This document shows positions 32,677 to 33,601 of a stretch of DNA of 33,601 nt, piece by piece (positions within the stretch are counted from its first letter, which is position 1; the number at the start of each line of letters is the position of its first letter). This DNA comes from a virus. Lineage: Duplodnaviria > Caudoviricetes. The stretch lies in the IMG/VR virus record IMGVR_UViG_3300036779_000011, positions 1 through 33,601 of that record; one strand, written 5' to 3'. The notes beneath the pieces were generated by a model. The model did not search any database. It was not told the origin of the DNA and saw only the letters and a program-made list of their open reading frames with translations. A program made the position numbers and the translations under genes.

Positions 32677-33008
32677 AGAACCTCCATGCAGGTAAGTTGC
32701 AATTGCACGCGACGGCGCGCGACGTCCGCTATGCTGCGGATCTGGTAAAGATGCTGATGGTCCTGAATCTGCCAGCGCGGGTCGATGTCCGTCCGATAAC
32801 GGATCGTGACCATCACGATGGTGGTTTCGACGGTGCGCCCGCCTTCGTTGACTTCCTGCCCGAAGCCGGGGTCTATCATGGCCCAGACGTCCGACACCGC
32901 CGTGTAACTGGTGATCTCGTCGTTCGTCGCGTTGTAAACCGGCGCGAGTAGCGTTACGCGCTTGTCGAGATCGCCCGCGCCGAGTGTAGGATCTTGTTGC
33001 CGTGGCAT
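32673..33008 (-). CDS. Head closure protein (SPP1 gp16-like)
   Basis: AGDLDKRVTL...VWAMI...TIRYRTDI...YQIRSI. Confidence 0.92.
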   Translation of the reverse strand: MPRQQDPTLGAGDLDKRVTLLAPVYNATNDEITSYTAVSDVWAMIDPGFGQEVNEGGRTVETTIVMVTIRYRTDIDPRWQIQDHQHLYQIRSIADVARRRVQLQLTCMEVL

Positions 33009-33009
33009 G

Positions 33010-33600
33010 TCAGTAAATGGGGTAGTCGCGCTCCGCCGCGAGAAGCTCCTTGTACCCGAGCGGCATCTCGACGCCGACGCTGGTCTTACCCGTCGTCACG
33101 GCTTCACGGTTGCGATACCAGTGTCCGATCAACATCAGACAAGCCTGTTTGATGTTCTCGCCCACGGTGGCATCGATCAGATAGCGCAGATAGTTCTCCG
33201 CGTTGAGACGCGCCGCCATCTCGTATTGCTGCAGCAGTTCATCGTCGGCGGTCTGATCGGGTTCGATCTTGCACTGCAGTTTGATCGTGGGCAGATCGAG
33301 GAGGGGCGGGCGGCTGGAGGCGGACGGCGACGGTGGAACGGGCGGCACCGGGTCGGGCGTCACCGGATCGTTCCAGTCCCACGGACCGGTCCAGACGTCC
33401 AAGGGCATCGGTACGAACGTCACCATGTTGGTAACGAAGTTGTCCTGATCTTCATACGCACCGGGTTCGTAACTGCGCGCCGGGAACGGGGCGGTAGGTT
33501 CGCGCACATAGTCGACGACCGGGGGCAGCGGGTCGCCGGGGTTGAGGAAGGGCGACGACGCGCCGCCCTTCTTCTCAGTCGGACCCGGTTGCGGGCGAAG
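33010..33600 (-). CDS. Head-tail connector (HK97 gp6-like), 5'-partial, with Pro-rich N-terminal extension
   Basis: DDELLQQY..AA...AENYL...IKQACLMLIGHWYRNREAV; frame stays open to the window edge. Confidence 0.9.
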   Translation of the reverse strand, partial: LRPQPGPTEKKGGASSPFLNPGDPLPPVVDYVREPTAPFPARSYEPGAYEDQDNFVTNMVTFVPMPLDVWTGPWDWNDPVTPDPVPPVPPSPSASSRPPLLDLPTIKLQCKIEPDQTADDELLQQYEMAARLNAENYLRYLIDATVGENIKQACLMLIGHWYRNREAVTTGKTSVGVEMPLGYKELLAAERDYPIY

Positions 33601-33601
33601 C

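Noticed and set aside
137-32951. Long plus-strand ORFs (e.g. 2157-3182, 10022-10966, 20788-21639)
   Set aside because: Antisense shadows of GC-rich minus-strand genes, with no motifs or RBS
1-33601. tRNA/rRNA genes, IS elements, host assignment
   Set aside because: No cloverleaf/T-loop or transposase recognised; the protein style hints at a GC-rich soil host but nothing in the sequence fixes it

Overview
GC-rich tailed-phage DNA (temperate, HK97/lambda-like siphovirus) with no host genes visible. Almost every real gene is on the minus strand. Read in transcription order (right to left): head-tail connector (partial), head closure, Ig-like protein, HK97-gp10-like protein, tail terminator, a 922-aa Ig/SGNH-esterase protein, major tail protein with a BACON-like domain, tail chaperone with a -1 frameshift (CCCAAAC), tape measure, and a 1070-aa tail-tip/fibre. 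An AT-rich control region with a near-consensus sigma70 promoter then precedes an RHH regulator, a YqaJ exonuclease with a putative annealase, accessory genes, an Xis-like HTH plus large serine integrase (candidate attP inside its 3' end), VRR-NUC, a replication initiator with internal iterons, many hypotheticals, an HNH nuclease and a probable cos region. The standout is 13791-15408: a stand-alone Cas7/RAMP-like gene, a partner gene and a ~430-bp non-coding array of G(G/A/T)Y-NN pentamers cut into ~45-50-nt units by GGCA(GG). The variable dinucleotides of one unit, read with one skipped base each, match 17/20 nt of a small gene just upstream (15585-15614), with the skips on codon wobble positions. 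This suggests a non-contiguous RNA-guided (VIPR-like) anti-competitor system. All family calls come from motif recognition by eye; no searches were run.
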